Positions 9,361-17,475 of a stretch of DNA of 64,000 nucleotides are shown piece after piece. The DNA lies in the NCBI GenBank assembly GCA_963731625.1, contig CAVSWH010000021.1, forward strand, positions 96,108-160,107, written 5' to 3'. The position numbers and the translations under genes are program-made. The stretch's first letter is position 1. Each line of letters starts with the position of its first letter. The notes under the pieces were generated by a model. That model was not told where the DNA came from and did no database searches. It saw only the letters and a program-made list of their open reading frames with translations. The DNA comes from an uncultured Actinomycetes bacterium. Its GTDB lineage: Bacteria > Actinomycetota > Acidimicrobiia > IMCC26256 > PALSA-555.

Positions 9361-10506
9361 TTACCCAGTCGTCGACGGGCGGCCGTCGTCCACGAGGAGC
9401 CTGGCCACGGCGTCGAGCGCCTCGAAGTCGACGATGTCGTGGGCGAGCGACGGGACGTAGACGACGGTGGCGGCGCCGATGCGTGCGCCGACGTCGGCCA
9501 GGCGGTGGCGCTCCTCGTCGGCGAGCGCCACGTAGTCGGCGAGGGTGTCGTATCGGGCGGCGAGGCGGTCGGCCGCGTCGCTCCCGCGCCGCTCCGCGGC
9601 GCGGGCCTCCTCGCGGAGCGCGTCGACGGGGCGATGCTCGCCGAAATCGGGATGGACGCGGTTCACGACGAGCGCGGCGACGCCGAGGTCGGCGTCGCGG
9701 AGCCGACCGGCGAAGAACTCGGCCTCGTCGACGGCGTCGCGGCGTGCCGACGTGATGAGCACGAACACGGTCGTCGGCGCGAGCAGCAGCTCGTCGACGC
9801 GGGCTGCCCGGGCGCGGAAGCCGGCTTCCATCCCCTCGAAGGCCCGGAAGAAGGCGACGATGTCGTCGAGCACCTCGGCGCCGATCACCTTGCCGGCGGT
9901 GCGCAGGAACCGCTGCACGGCGTTGCTCGCCACGCGCACGTAGGTGCGGGTCGGCATCATGAGGAACCGGAAGACTCGGTTGTCGAGCAGCCGGGTGAGG
10001 CGCTGCGGCGCGTCGAGGAAGTCGAGCGCGTGCCGGGACGGCGGGGTGTCGACGACGATGAGGTCGTACCCGCCCTCCTCGTGGAGCTCGTGCAGCTTCT
10101 CCATCGCCATGTACTCCTGGGTGCCGGAGAGCGCGCTCGCGATGTTGCGGTAGAAGCCGTTGCCGAGGATGCGGTCGGCCTGCTCCTCGTCCCGGGCGTA
10201 GCGGCGCACGAGGCCGTCGAAGGTGGCCCGGGTGTCGAGCATCAGGGCGGACAGCCGACCGTCCCCCGCGGTCGCCCCATCGGCCCAGCGGGCGCGTGGG
10301 ATCACGTGGGCGGTGTTGCCGAGGCCGACGAGGCCGAGCGTGTCGGCGAGCCGCTTGGCCGGGTCGATCGTGACCACGACGGCGTCGCGGCCGCGCCGCG
10401 CCGCGGCGAGGGCGAGCACCGCGGCCGTCGTCGTCTTGCCGACGCCGCCCGTGCCGCAGCACACGATGACGTCGCGCTCCTCGACGAGCTCGCCCAGGCC
10501 GGTCAC
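9361..10506 (-). CDS. ArsA/Get3-family P-loop ATPase (second of a coupled pair)
   Basis: GTG at 10506 gives VTGLGELVEERDVIVCCGTGGVGKTTTAAVLALAAA... (deviant Walker A), followed by VVTIDPAKRLADTLG and DLIVVDTPPSRHALDFL. Its start overlaps the upstream stop (GTGA 10503-10506). The rest of the 1289-aa track ORF is an artefact. Confidence 0.85.
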   Translation of the reverse strand: MTGLGELVEERDVIVCCGTGGVGKTTTAAVLALAAARRGRDAVVVTIDPAKRLADTLGLVGLGNTAHVIPRARWADGATAGDGRLSALMLDTRATFDGLVRRYARDEEQADRILGNGFYRNIASALSGTQEYMAMEKLHELHEEGGYDLIVVDTPPSRHALDFLDAPQRLTRLLDNRVFRFLMMPTRTYVRVASNAVQRFLRTAGKVIGAEVLDDIVAFFRAFEGMEAGFRARAARVDELLLAPTTVFVLITSARRDAVDEAEFFAGRLRDADLGVAALVVNRVHPDFGEHRPVDALREEARAAERRGSDAADRLAARYDTLADYVALADEERHRLADVGARIGAATVVYVPSLAHDIVDFEALDAVARLLVDDGRPSTTG

Positions 10507-11465
10507 GTCGGGAGCGCGCCGATCCCCGCCGCGAGCGCGTCGGCGAGCCCCGCGACCTCGTGCGGTCCGATCTCCCCGAGCACGAGGGGGAGCGTGAGCT
10601 GGGGCAGCGGAAGGCGTCGCGCCAGCCGCTCGGCCTGCGCCAGCGCGAGTGCGTGTCGATCGTGGCAGAAGCGCGCGGCCGCGTCGAGCGCCGCCGCCTC
10701 GGCTGGGCTGAGCGCGATCCCGAGCGCGGTGGCGTCGGCGCCCGCGGCGTGTCCGTCGACGTCGAGGGCCGGCGGCACCGCGTTCACGACGACGGGCCCC
10801 AGCTTCACGCCGACGCGGTCCTCGAGCGCGTACGCCGTGTCGACGAGCTCGTTCACCGGCGTCTCCTCGGGCAGCGTGACGAGTAGCACGCGGCACCGTG
10901 CCGGGTCGGAGAGCAGCGCGATCACGTCCTCGGCCTGGGCACGCACCGGCCCCATCCGCACCGCGTCGAGCAGCCCGCGGGGCGACAAGAGGAACTGCAC
11001 GGCGTGGCCCGCCGCGGGCGCGTCGATCAGGATGAGGTCTGCGGCCTCGGCGCGCTCGAGCGCCTTCACCTTGCCGAGCACCAGGATGTCGCGCATGCCC
11101 GGGACCGCCGTCGCGACGACGTCGAGCGCGCCGGAGCGCACGAGCCGGCGCGAGATCCGCCGCAGGCCGTGCTCCTCGAGGTACTCGAGCAGCGCCTCGT
11201 CGGGTGTGAGCGTCCGCGCCCGCAGCCGCTCGCTCAGCGTCTGCTCCTCGTAGGTGAGGGGCGCGGCGCCGAGCGCCGACGCGAGCCCCGATTTGCCTTC
11301 GATCTCGACGATCAGCACGCTGGCCCCGGCGCGGGCGGCGGCGGTCGCCAACGCTGCGGTCACGGTCGTCTTGCCGACGCCACCCTTGCCCGCCACGATG
11401 ACGACGCGGGAGGCGGAGCAGAACTGCTCCACGTTCATGGTTGAGTCCGCAGGGCTGCCGTCCAT
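10503..11465 (-). CDS. ArsA/Get3-family P-loop ATPase (first of a coupled pair)
   Basis: Contains VVIVAGKGGVGKTTVTAALATAAA and LILIDAPAAGHAVQFL. The alternative start ATG 11438 (MNVEQF...) is equally plausible. Confidence 0.85.
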   Translation of the reverse strand: MDGSPADSTMNVEQFCSASRVVIVAGKGGVGKTTVTAALATAAARAGASVLIVEIEGKSGLASALGAAPLTYEEQTLSERLRARTLTPDEALLEYLEEHGLRRISRRLVRSGALDVVATAVPGMRDILVLGKVKALERAEAADLILIDAPAAGHAVQFLLSPRGLLDAVRMGPVRAQAEDVIALLSDPARCRVLLVTLPEETPVNELVDTAYALEDRVGVKLGPVVVNAVPPALDVDGHAAGADATALGIALSPAEAAALDAAARFCHDRHALALAQAERLARRLPLPQLTLPLVLGEIGPHEVAGLADALAAGIGALPT

Positions 11466-12918
11466 CCTCGGCGGTCATCGTAGGGGCGCGCTGTCTGGGA
11501 ACCATCGCCGACGTGGTGCGCTCGCGCTGACGTTCGCCGGCCTGGTGCTGCTCGGCACGGCCGGCTCGGCGGCCGCGCTCACCGGGTCCGGCGCGACACG
11601 CGCCGCGTCGGGCGGGCAGGGCGGCATCACCGTCGTCCAGCTGCAAGGCTTCCTCGACCCGCCGCTCGCCGCGCTGGCCCGCCACTCCATCGACGACGCC
11701 AACGCCGCGCACGCGACGCTGGTGCTCATCCAGCTCGACTCGAGCGGCGCGCTCGCCACCGACATCGATGCGCTCGTCCAGCTCATCCACCAGTCCCACG
11801 TGCCTGTCGCCGTGTGGGTCGGGCCGTCGGGCGCGCAGGCCGCCGGCGGTGCGGCGCTGCTCGCCGAAGCGGCGTCGGTGCTCTTCGTCTCCCAAGGCTC
11901 GAGCCTCGGGCCGGCTCAGCCGGTCCGGCTCGACCAGCCCCACGCCGTCACCGACGGTGCCGTCGCCGACGAGCTGCGCCGGCTCGCGGCCAGCCGGGGC
12001 CGCGACGGCGACCGGGCGGCGACGCTCGCCACGACGAGCCTCGGCGCCAGCGCGGCGGCCGCCGCCCGGGTCACGAACGGGAGCCAGCCGACGATCGGCG
12101 AGGTCATCGTGACCCTCGACGGCGAGACGGTGCCGACCGCCGCCGGGCCGGTGCACCTCTCCACGGCCCGGGTGATCGGCACGGGGCGGAACCGCCGCCG
12201 CCAGCCGAACCAAGAGGTCGTGTTCGCCGGGCTGGGCCTCGGCGCGCGCCTCCAGCACACGCTGCTCAGCAGCCGCGTGACGTACCTGCTGCTCGTCGCC
12301 GGCCTCGCGCTCATCGCGTTCGAGTTCTTCGCGGCGAGCGTCGGCTTCGCCGCCGGCGTGGGCGCGCTCGCCGTCCTCGGCGCCGGGTACGGCGCGTCGC
12401 ACCTGCCGGTCTCGTGGTGGGCCGCGGCGCTCATCGCCGCCGCGATCGTCGCCTTCTCGGTCGACGTGCAGGCAGGCGGCCTCGGGTTCTGGACGGGCGC
12501 CGGCGCGGTGACGCTGCTCGTCGGCTCGCTCACGCTCTTCGGCGGGTCGACGCGCCTCCATGTCCCGTGGTGGGAGCTCGCCCTCGTCCTCGCCGGCACC
12601 CTCCTCTTCTTTGTCGGCGCCCTGCCCGCCTTCGTCCGGTCCCGCTTCTCCACCCCGACGATCGGGCGGGAGGGGCTCGTCGGCGAGCTGGGCGAGGCCG
12701 AGGTCGCCGTCGACCCCGACGGCGTCGTCGTGATCCGGGGCAGTCGCTGGCGGGCCCGCACGAACCGGGCCACCCCCATCGCCGCCGGCGCCCGGGCCCG
12801 GGTCGTGTCGGTCGAGGGCCTCGTGCTCGAGGTGGAGCCCGAGGAGGGCGGCGCCCGAGATCACCGGGAGCGCGCCCGGTCCCGACGCCGCGACGCTGAC
12901 GGCGGCGCCCCCGCCTGA
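11437..12918 (+). CDS. NfeD-family membrane protein (ClpP/SppA-like domain, TM block, C-terminal OB-fold)
   Basis: ATG 11437 is the only canonical start upstream of the signal/TM segment ALALTFAGLVLLGTAGSAAA. The protein has a protease-like domain (VVQLQGFLDPP...LIQLDSSGA), four hydrophobic helices, and the C-terminal motif GELGEAEVAVDPDGVVVIRGSRWRART...VSVEGLVLEVEP. Confidence 0.7.
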   Translation: MVESAGLPSILGGHRRGALSGNHRRRGALALTFAGLVLLGTAGSAAALTGSGATRAASGGQGGITVVQLQGFLDPPLAALARHSIDDANAAHATLVLIQLDSSGALATDIDALVQLIHQSHVPVAVWVGPSGAQAAGGAALLAEAASVLFVSQGSSLGPAQPVRLDQPHAVTDGAVADELRRLAASRGRDGDRAATLATTSLGASAAAAARVTNGSQPTIGEVIVTLDGETVPTAAGPVHLSTARVIGTGRNRRRQPNQEVVFAGLGLGARLQHTLLSSRVTYLLLVAGLALIAFEFFAASVGFAAGVGALAVLGAGYGASHLPVSWWAAALIAAAIVAFSVDVQAGGLGFWTGAGAVTLLVGSLTLFGGSTRLHVPWWELALVLAGTLLFFVGALPAFVRSRFSTPTIGREGLVGELGEAEVAVDPDGVVVIRGSRWRARTNRATPIAAGARARVVSVEGLVLEVEPEEGGARDHRERARSRRRDADGGAPA

Positions 12919-12926
12919 GCGGCGCG

Positions 12927-12969
12927 CCCCTTCCTCCTCTGGGCCTCTTTCTCCCTCTTTTCTTTTCTC
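12927..12969 (+). repeat. homopyrimidine (C/T) tract between the NfeD stop and the whiB start
   Basis: ccccttcctcctctgggcctctttctccctcttttcttttctc has 40 of 43 pyrimidines on the plus strand, interrupted only by ggg. Confidence 0.8.
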
Positions 12970-13040
12970 GCGCGCGACCGGCCTGTAGCGTTCGCGCCGC
13001 TGGGCGTCAGGCGTCAGACGGCCGGCGCAAAGGGGGAGCC

Positions 13041-13304
13041 GTGACGCTGCACCGCATCGACGAGGCGTGGGCGCGCCGTGCCGCCTGTCGGGGCCCCGAG
13101 GCATCGCTGTTCTACCCGCCGGCGGCCGCCGAGCCCCGCGTCGAGCGGGAGGCACGCGAACGCCGGGCCAAGGCCATCTGCGCGGTCTGCCCGGTTCGGG
13201 AGCCGTGCCTGGCGGTCGCGCTCGACACACGCGAGCCGCACGGCATCTGGGGCGGGCTCAACGAGACCGAGCGCCAGGCCCTGCTCGAGCGCCGCGCCGG
13301 GTAG
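13041..13304 (+). CDS. WhiB-family Fe-S transcription factor
   Basis: 87 aa. Four Cys lie in the WhiB pattern (AACRG...CAVCPVREPC), followed by GIWGG and a basic tail. The GTG start is preceded by AAGGGGGA. Confidence 0.9.
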   Translation: MTLHRIDEAWARRAACRGPEASLFYPPAAAEPRVEREARERRAKAICAVCPVREPCLAVALDTREPHGIWGGLNETERQALLERRAG

Positions 13305-13313
13305 GCGCCGCCC

Positions 13314-15107
13314 TCAGCGGGCGAGGCCGCTCGTCGGCCCGGGGACGCGGTCGTCGCCCCGACGGCGCGTGACGCCCGTCCGGTCCAGCCAGCCGCAGAG
13401 TGGCACGACGTACTTGCGGGTCGACCCGAGCAGCGTCCGGATGTCCGCGACCGTGAGCCGGCCGGCGCGGGCCAGTGCCTCGACGACCATCGCCCGGGCG
13501 CGGGCCAGCGCCGTCGCGGCGAACACGACACCGTCGACGTCCACGAGCGCACCTTCCCGGACCAGGGAGCGGACGAGCGCCGCGTCGGGACCCTCCGGCG
13601 CCGGTGGCGAGAACGGCGCCGCCTCGAAGGTCCCGAGCAGCCGCTGCCCCTCGGCGGAGGCGCTGACCCGCCCGGCGTGGCTGCGCTGGCGCACGATGCC
13701 CCGCTCGACGACCAGTTCCCCGTCGTCGGCGGCGAGCGCGGCGCGGAGCTGGTCGGGTTCCACGCCGAGGGTCGAGGCCAGCCGTCCGAGCTCGAGGCCG
13801 GGTTCCTGGGGGTGGGCGCGGTGGTGGGCCTCGACCCGCTCGCGTGCCGTCGTCTCGAGGGCGCGGAGGGCCGCGACGTCGACGAGCCAGCGGTCGCGCC
13901 GCGCGGCGTGCCCGCCACCGACGAGCGCGGCGGCGAGGGCGTCGGCATCGGCGGGCGAGAGGCCGCCGCGGGTGGTGAGCACGTCGGGGGTGAGCCAGGG
14001 CGCGCCGGCGAGGAGCCGCTCCCCGAGCGGCAAGCCGAGTCGAGCCGGCGCGTCCTTCGCGCGCCTGGTGGGGGCCACGTCGAGGACCTCGGCGCCGGCG
14101 ACGGTCCGCCGCCGGCCGAGGTCGCGCAGCACGAGTCGGTCGCCGGGCGCGAGGGGTCGCGGCGTCTCCAGCCGCACCCGGGCGTACCGCCCGTCGTCGT
14201 CCAGGCTCCGCCACGCGACCCGCTGCTCGCCGGAGCCGATGGCGGCGTGGAGGCGACGCCGGCGCGGCGGGGTCTCGTCGGCGAGCGCCTGGACCGCCAC
14301 GTCCACGACGCTCGGTGTGACCCATTGCTCGGGGCGCACGACGGCATCGCCGCGGCGCAGGTCGCGGTGCTCGACGCCGGCGAGGTTCAGCGCGACCCGC
14401 GTGCCGGGCTCGGCGTGCTCGAGCTGCTGACCGGCGGTCTCGATGCCGCGGATCCGCGCCGGATGCGCCCCGGCGAGGACCTCGTCGCCGACCGCGACGC
14501 GCCCCGTCGTGAGCGTGCCGGTCACGATCGTCCCGGCGCCACGAGCCGCGAACACCCGGTCGATCCAGAGACGGGGTCGGTCGAGGTCGCGGGGCGCGGG
14601 CGCGGCGGCGAGGACCTCGTCGAGCGTGGCCCGGACCTCGTCGATGCCGCGACCCGACACCGAGTCGCAGACGACGACGGGCGCCTCGGCGAGGGCCGAG
14701 CCGTCGAGGTGCTCCTCGACCTCGAGCTGGGTGACGAGCAGCGTCTCGGGATCGACGGCGTCGGCCTTCGTGATCGCGATCATCCCGGCGTGCACGCCGA
14801 GCAGGTCGAGGATGGCGCCGTGCTCCTCGCTCTGGGGCATCCAGGATTCGTTGGCGGCGACCACGAACAGCGCGACCTCGACGGCGCCGACGCCGGCGAG
14901 CATGTTCTTGATGAAGCGCACGTGACCGGGGACGTCGACGAAGCCGACCTCGGTACCGGACGGCAGCGTCGTGAACGCGAACCCGAGGTCGATGGTGAGG
15001 CCGCGCGCCTTCTCCTCGGCGAGCCGGTCGGGGTCGGTGCCGGTCAGCGCCCGGACCAGCGATGACTTGCCGTGATCGACGTGGCCGGCGGTGGCGACCG
15101 TCCTCAC
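13314..15107 (-). CDS. selB: selenocysteine-specific translation elongation factor
   Basis: GTG 15107 gives [23 protein letters not shown]...DVPGH...TKAD (GTPase G1-G4), followed by about 350 aa of C-terminal extension as expected for SECIS-binding winged helices. Its start overlaps the selA stop (GTGA 15104-15107). Confidence 0.9.
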   Translation of the reverse strand: MRTVATAGHVDHGKSSLVRALTGTDPDRLAEEKARGLTIDLGFAFTTLPSGTEVGFVDVPGHVRFIKNMLAGVGAVEVALFVVAANESWMPQSEEHGAILDLLGVHAGMIAITKADAVDPETLLVTQLEVEEHLDGSALAEAPVVVCDSVSGRGIDEVRATLDEVLAAAPAPRDLDRPRLWIDRVFAARGAGTIVTGTLTTGRVAVGDEVLAGAHPARIRGIETAGQQLEHAEPGTRVALNLAGVEHRDLRRGDAVVRPEQWVTPSVVDVAVQALADETPPRRRRLHAAIGSGEQRVAWRSLDDDGRYARVRLETPRPLAPGDRLVLRDLGRRRTVAGAEVLDVAPTRRAKDAPARLGLPLGERLLAGAPWLTPDVLTTRGGLSPADADALAAALVGGGHAARRDRWLVDVAALRALETTARERVEAHHRAHPQEPGLELGRLASTLGVEPDQLRAALAADDGELVVERGIVRQRSHAGRVSASAEGQRLLGTFEAAPFSPPAPEGPDAALVRSLVREGALVDVDGVVFAATALARARAMVVEALARAGRLTVADIRTLLGSTRKYVVPLCGWLDRTGVTRRRGDDRVPGPTSGLAR

Positions 15108-16435
15108 GACCCGGCGGCGACCAGCGCGGCGGCGAGCCGCTCGTCGTCGCGGGGGTCGACGGTGCGCAGGTCGCAGACGACCGCGTCGCCGTCGATGCGA
15201 GCGACCACGCCCTGGCCTCGCAGGACGGCGAGCGCCCCGTCGGGGTCGGGTGTCTCCACCACGACCCCGACGGACGGGATCGTCAGCCCGGGGAGGGAGC
15301 CGCCGCCCGCCACCGCCTCGGTGTCGGCGACCTTGGCGCGAGGGACGCGCTGGGCGACGGCCTCGGCCCGCACGGTCAGCTCGACGGTCGGGGTGATCGC
15401 CATCCGCCAGAGGGGCACGCGGGTTGCGTCGCCGTCGAGGTACGCCGCGGCGACGGCTTGCAGCGCCGCCAGCGTCATCTTGTCGGCGCGTACCGCGCGC
15501 GCCAGCGGGTGGCGTGCGATCCGCTCGAGCAGGTCGGCCCGCCCGACGATCACGCCGGCCTGCGGCCCGCCGAGCAGCTTGTCGCCCGAGAACGTGACCA
15601 CGGCCGCGCCGGCGTCGAGCGCCTGCCGGACGCCGGGCTCGTCGTGCAGCCACGTCGGCCGCCGCGGGAGCCAGGGCGTGGTCTCGTCGAGGAGGCCGGA
15701 GCCGACGTCGACCATGACCGGCGGGCCGAGCGCGGCGAGCGCGCGCACCGGCGTCGCCTCGGTGAAGCCGATGAGGCGGTAGTTCGAGGCGTGGACCTTC
15801 AGGATCAGGGCGGTGTCGGGGGTGCGGGCCGTGCGGTAGTCGCCGAGGCGGGTGCGGTTCGTCGTCCCGACCTCGACGAGGCGGGCACCGGACTCGGCCA
15901 TGATCTCGGGGACCCGGAAGCCGCCGCCGATCTCCACGAGCTCGCCCCGGGACACGAGCACCTCCTGCCCCCGGGCCAGCGCGGCGAGCGAGAGCAGCAC
16001 GGCGGCGGCGTTGTTGTTGACGACGAGCCCGGCGTCGGCGCCGCACGCCTGGGCGAGGAGGTGCCCAGCGTGGTCGTGGCGGGACCCCCGCCGGCCGGTC
16101 TCGAGGCGGTACTCCAGGTTCGAGTAGCCGCCCCCGACGTCCGCGGCGACGCGGAGGGCCTCCTCGCCGAGGGGGGCACGGCCCAGGTTCGTGTGCAGGA
16201 GCACCCCGGTGGCGTTGACGACGGGGCGGAGCTGGCGGGCTGCGAGCGCGGCGACGCGTGCCTGGGCGTCGCGCACCACGGCGGCGGCGTCGACGGGCGT
16301 GGCGCCCGCGCCGCTCGCGGCCCGGGCCGCGTCGATGGCCTCGCGGGCGCAGCGCACGAGGAGCGTGCGCGGCAGGCCCGAGAGCTCGGCGAGGACACGC
16401 TCGACGCTCGGCAGGGCGCGCCGGGGGTCCGTCAC
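15104..16435 (-). CDS. selA: L-seryl-tRNA(Sec) selenium transferase
   Basis: GTG 16435 gives VTDPRRALPSVERVL..., followed by VVNATGVLLHTNLGRAPL, YSNLEYRLETGRRGSR, LVVNNNAAAVLL and FSGDKLLGGPQAG (PLP lysine). TACGCT lies 6 nt upstream of the GTG, so the mRNA may be leaderless. Confidence 0.9.
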   Translation of the reverse strand: MTDPRRALPSVERVLAELSGLPRTLLVRCAREAIDAARAASGAGATPVDAAAVVRDAQARVAALAARQLRPVVNATGVLLHTNLGRAPLGEEALRVAADVGGGYSNLEYRLETGRRGSRHDHAGHLLAQACGADAGLVVNNNAAAVLLSLAALARGQEVLVSRGELVEIGGGFRVPEIMAESGARLVEVGTTNRTRLGDYRTARTPDTALILKVHASNYRLIGFTEATPVRALAALGPPVMVDVGSGLLDETTPWLPRRPTWLHDEPGVRQALDAGAAVVTFSGDKLLGGPQAGVIVGRADLLERIARHPLARAVRADKMTLAALQAVAAAYLDGDATRVPLWRMAITPTVELTVRAEAVAQRVPRAKVADTEAVAGGGSLPGLTIPSVGVVVETPDPDGALAVLRGQGVVARIDGDAVVCDLRTVDPRDDERLAAALVAAGS

Positions 16436-16632
16436 GGGGCAAGCGTAGGGCGGGCGCGTGGAGCGTCCGCCGGAAGGCGCGGACACGAATCGGCGCGCCC
16501 GTAGAATGAGCGGGTGGAACGGCGCGCAACCGACGTCTCGACGCGGATCCCGGTGACGGTGGGCGGGCGCGGCGGGTCCAGCCTGGCGGGCATCCGCTCG
16601 GGGGGAAGTCACAGCTCGAAGACGCCGGACTG

Positions 16633-17475
16633 ATGCCCGACCTGACGCCGGGCGTCCCGAGCGCCCTGTCGCCGCTGGTGCGGCGGGTCGTGGCCCCGAA
16701 CCCGGGGCCCTTCACCGGCCCGGGCACCAACACCTACCTCGTCGGCATCGACGAGGTGGCGGTGATCGACCCGGGGCCGGACGTGAAGTCCCACATCGAC
16801 GCCATCGTCGGCGCCTCGATGCGCGAGCGGGTGCGCTGGGTCGTGCTCACCCACACCCACCCGGACCACTGGCCGGGCACCGCCCGGCTCGTGAAGGCCA
16901 CCGGCGCCGAGGTGCTCGCCTACGGGAAGCACCGGGACAAGGACGCGACGGTCGTCCCCGACCGCACGATCGCCGAGGGCGACACCATCGAGGGCAGCGA
17001 GTGGGGCCTCGAGGTGCTGCACACCCCGGGCCACGCGCCGAACCACCTGTCCTTCCTGCTCGAGGAGGAGCGGGCCCTCTTCACCGGCGACACGGTGCTC
17101 GACGGCATGTACTCGGTCGTCAGCCCGAGCCGGGGCGGGGACATGGCGGTGTACGTCCGGACCCTCGAGCGGCTGCGCCGGCTCCGCCTGGCCCGCATCT
17201 GCCCCGGTCACGGCGACGTGATCGAGGACCCGAAGGCGCGCCTCGACGACTATCTCACGCACCGCCGCCAGCGCGGCCAGCAGATCCTGAAGCTCGTGCG
17301 CAAGAACGACGGGGTGAAGATCCGCGAGATCGTGGACACGATCTACGGCCGGGCGGACCTCCCTCCCGAGCTCGTCGAGGCCGCGGGCTGGCAGGTGCAC
17401 GCGCACCTGCTCGAGCTGAAGGCCGACGGCAAGGTCGTCGGGACCAGCGCGAAGGCGGCGTGGCGAGCGGCCTAG
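16633..17475 (+). CDS. MBL-fold metallo-hydrolase
   Basis: 280 aa with the HxHxDH motif (VLTHTHPDHWPG) and downstream His/Asp ligands (HTPGH, CPGHG). The stop codons of this gene and the convergent Mrp gene overlap in CTAG at 17472-17475. Confidence 0.85.
   Translation: MPDLTPGVPSALSPLVRRVVAPNPGPFTGPGTNTYLVGIDEVAVIDPGPDVKSHIDAIVGASMRERVRWVVLTHTHPDHWPGTARLVKATGAEVLAYGKHRDKDATVVPDRTIAEGDTIEGSEWGLEVLHTPGHAPNHLSFLLEEERALFTGDTVLDGMYSVVSPSRGGDMAVYVRTLERLRRLRLARICPGHGDVIEDPKARLDDYLTHRRQRGQQILKLVRKNDGVKIREIVDTIYGRADLPPELVEAAGWQVHAHLLELKADGKVVGTSAKAAWRAA

Noticed and set aside
9361-13230. Giant track ORFs (1289 aa here; also 40607..44575 at 1322 aa, 37360..40515 at 1051 aa, 27926..29917, 59650..61584, and the 5' extensions of 13314..16733 and 23901..26888)
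   Set aside because: They have Arg/Pro/Gly/Ala-dominated composition and lie antisense to, or run through, genes with clear family motifs. This is the usual stop-codon-poor artefact of about 72% GC DNA. Only the motif-bearing C-terminal portions were kept.
16436-16632. selC expected next to selA
   Set aside because: I read both strands and found no CTTCAAA anticodon loop, no GGTTCGA-type T-loop and no GGAAG/CTTCC-type acceptor. The real tRNA-Sec is at 34598-34691.
16514-16632. ZTP (pfl) or other riboswitch in the MBL leader
   Set aside because: There is only a vague resemblance (CCTGGCGGGCA versus the CCGCCTGGGCA-type 3' element). The 5' GGGTCGTGAC-type element is absent and the downstream gene is not a purine or folate gene.
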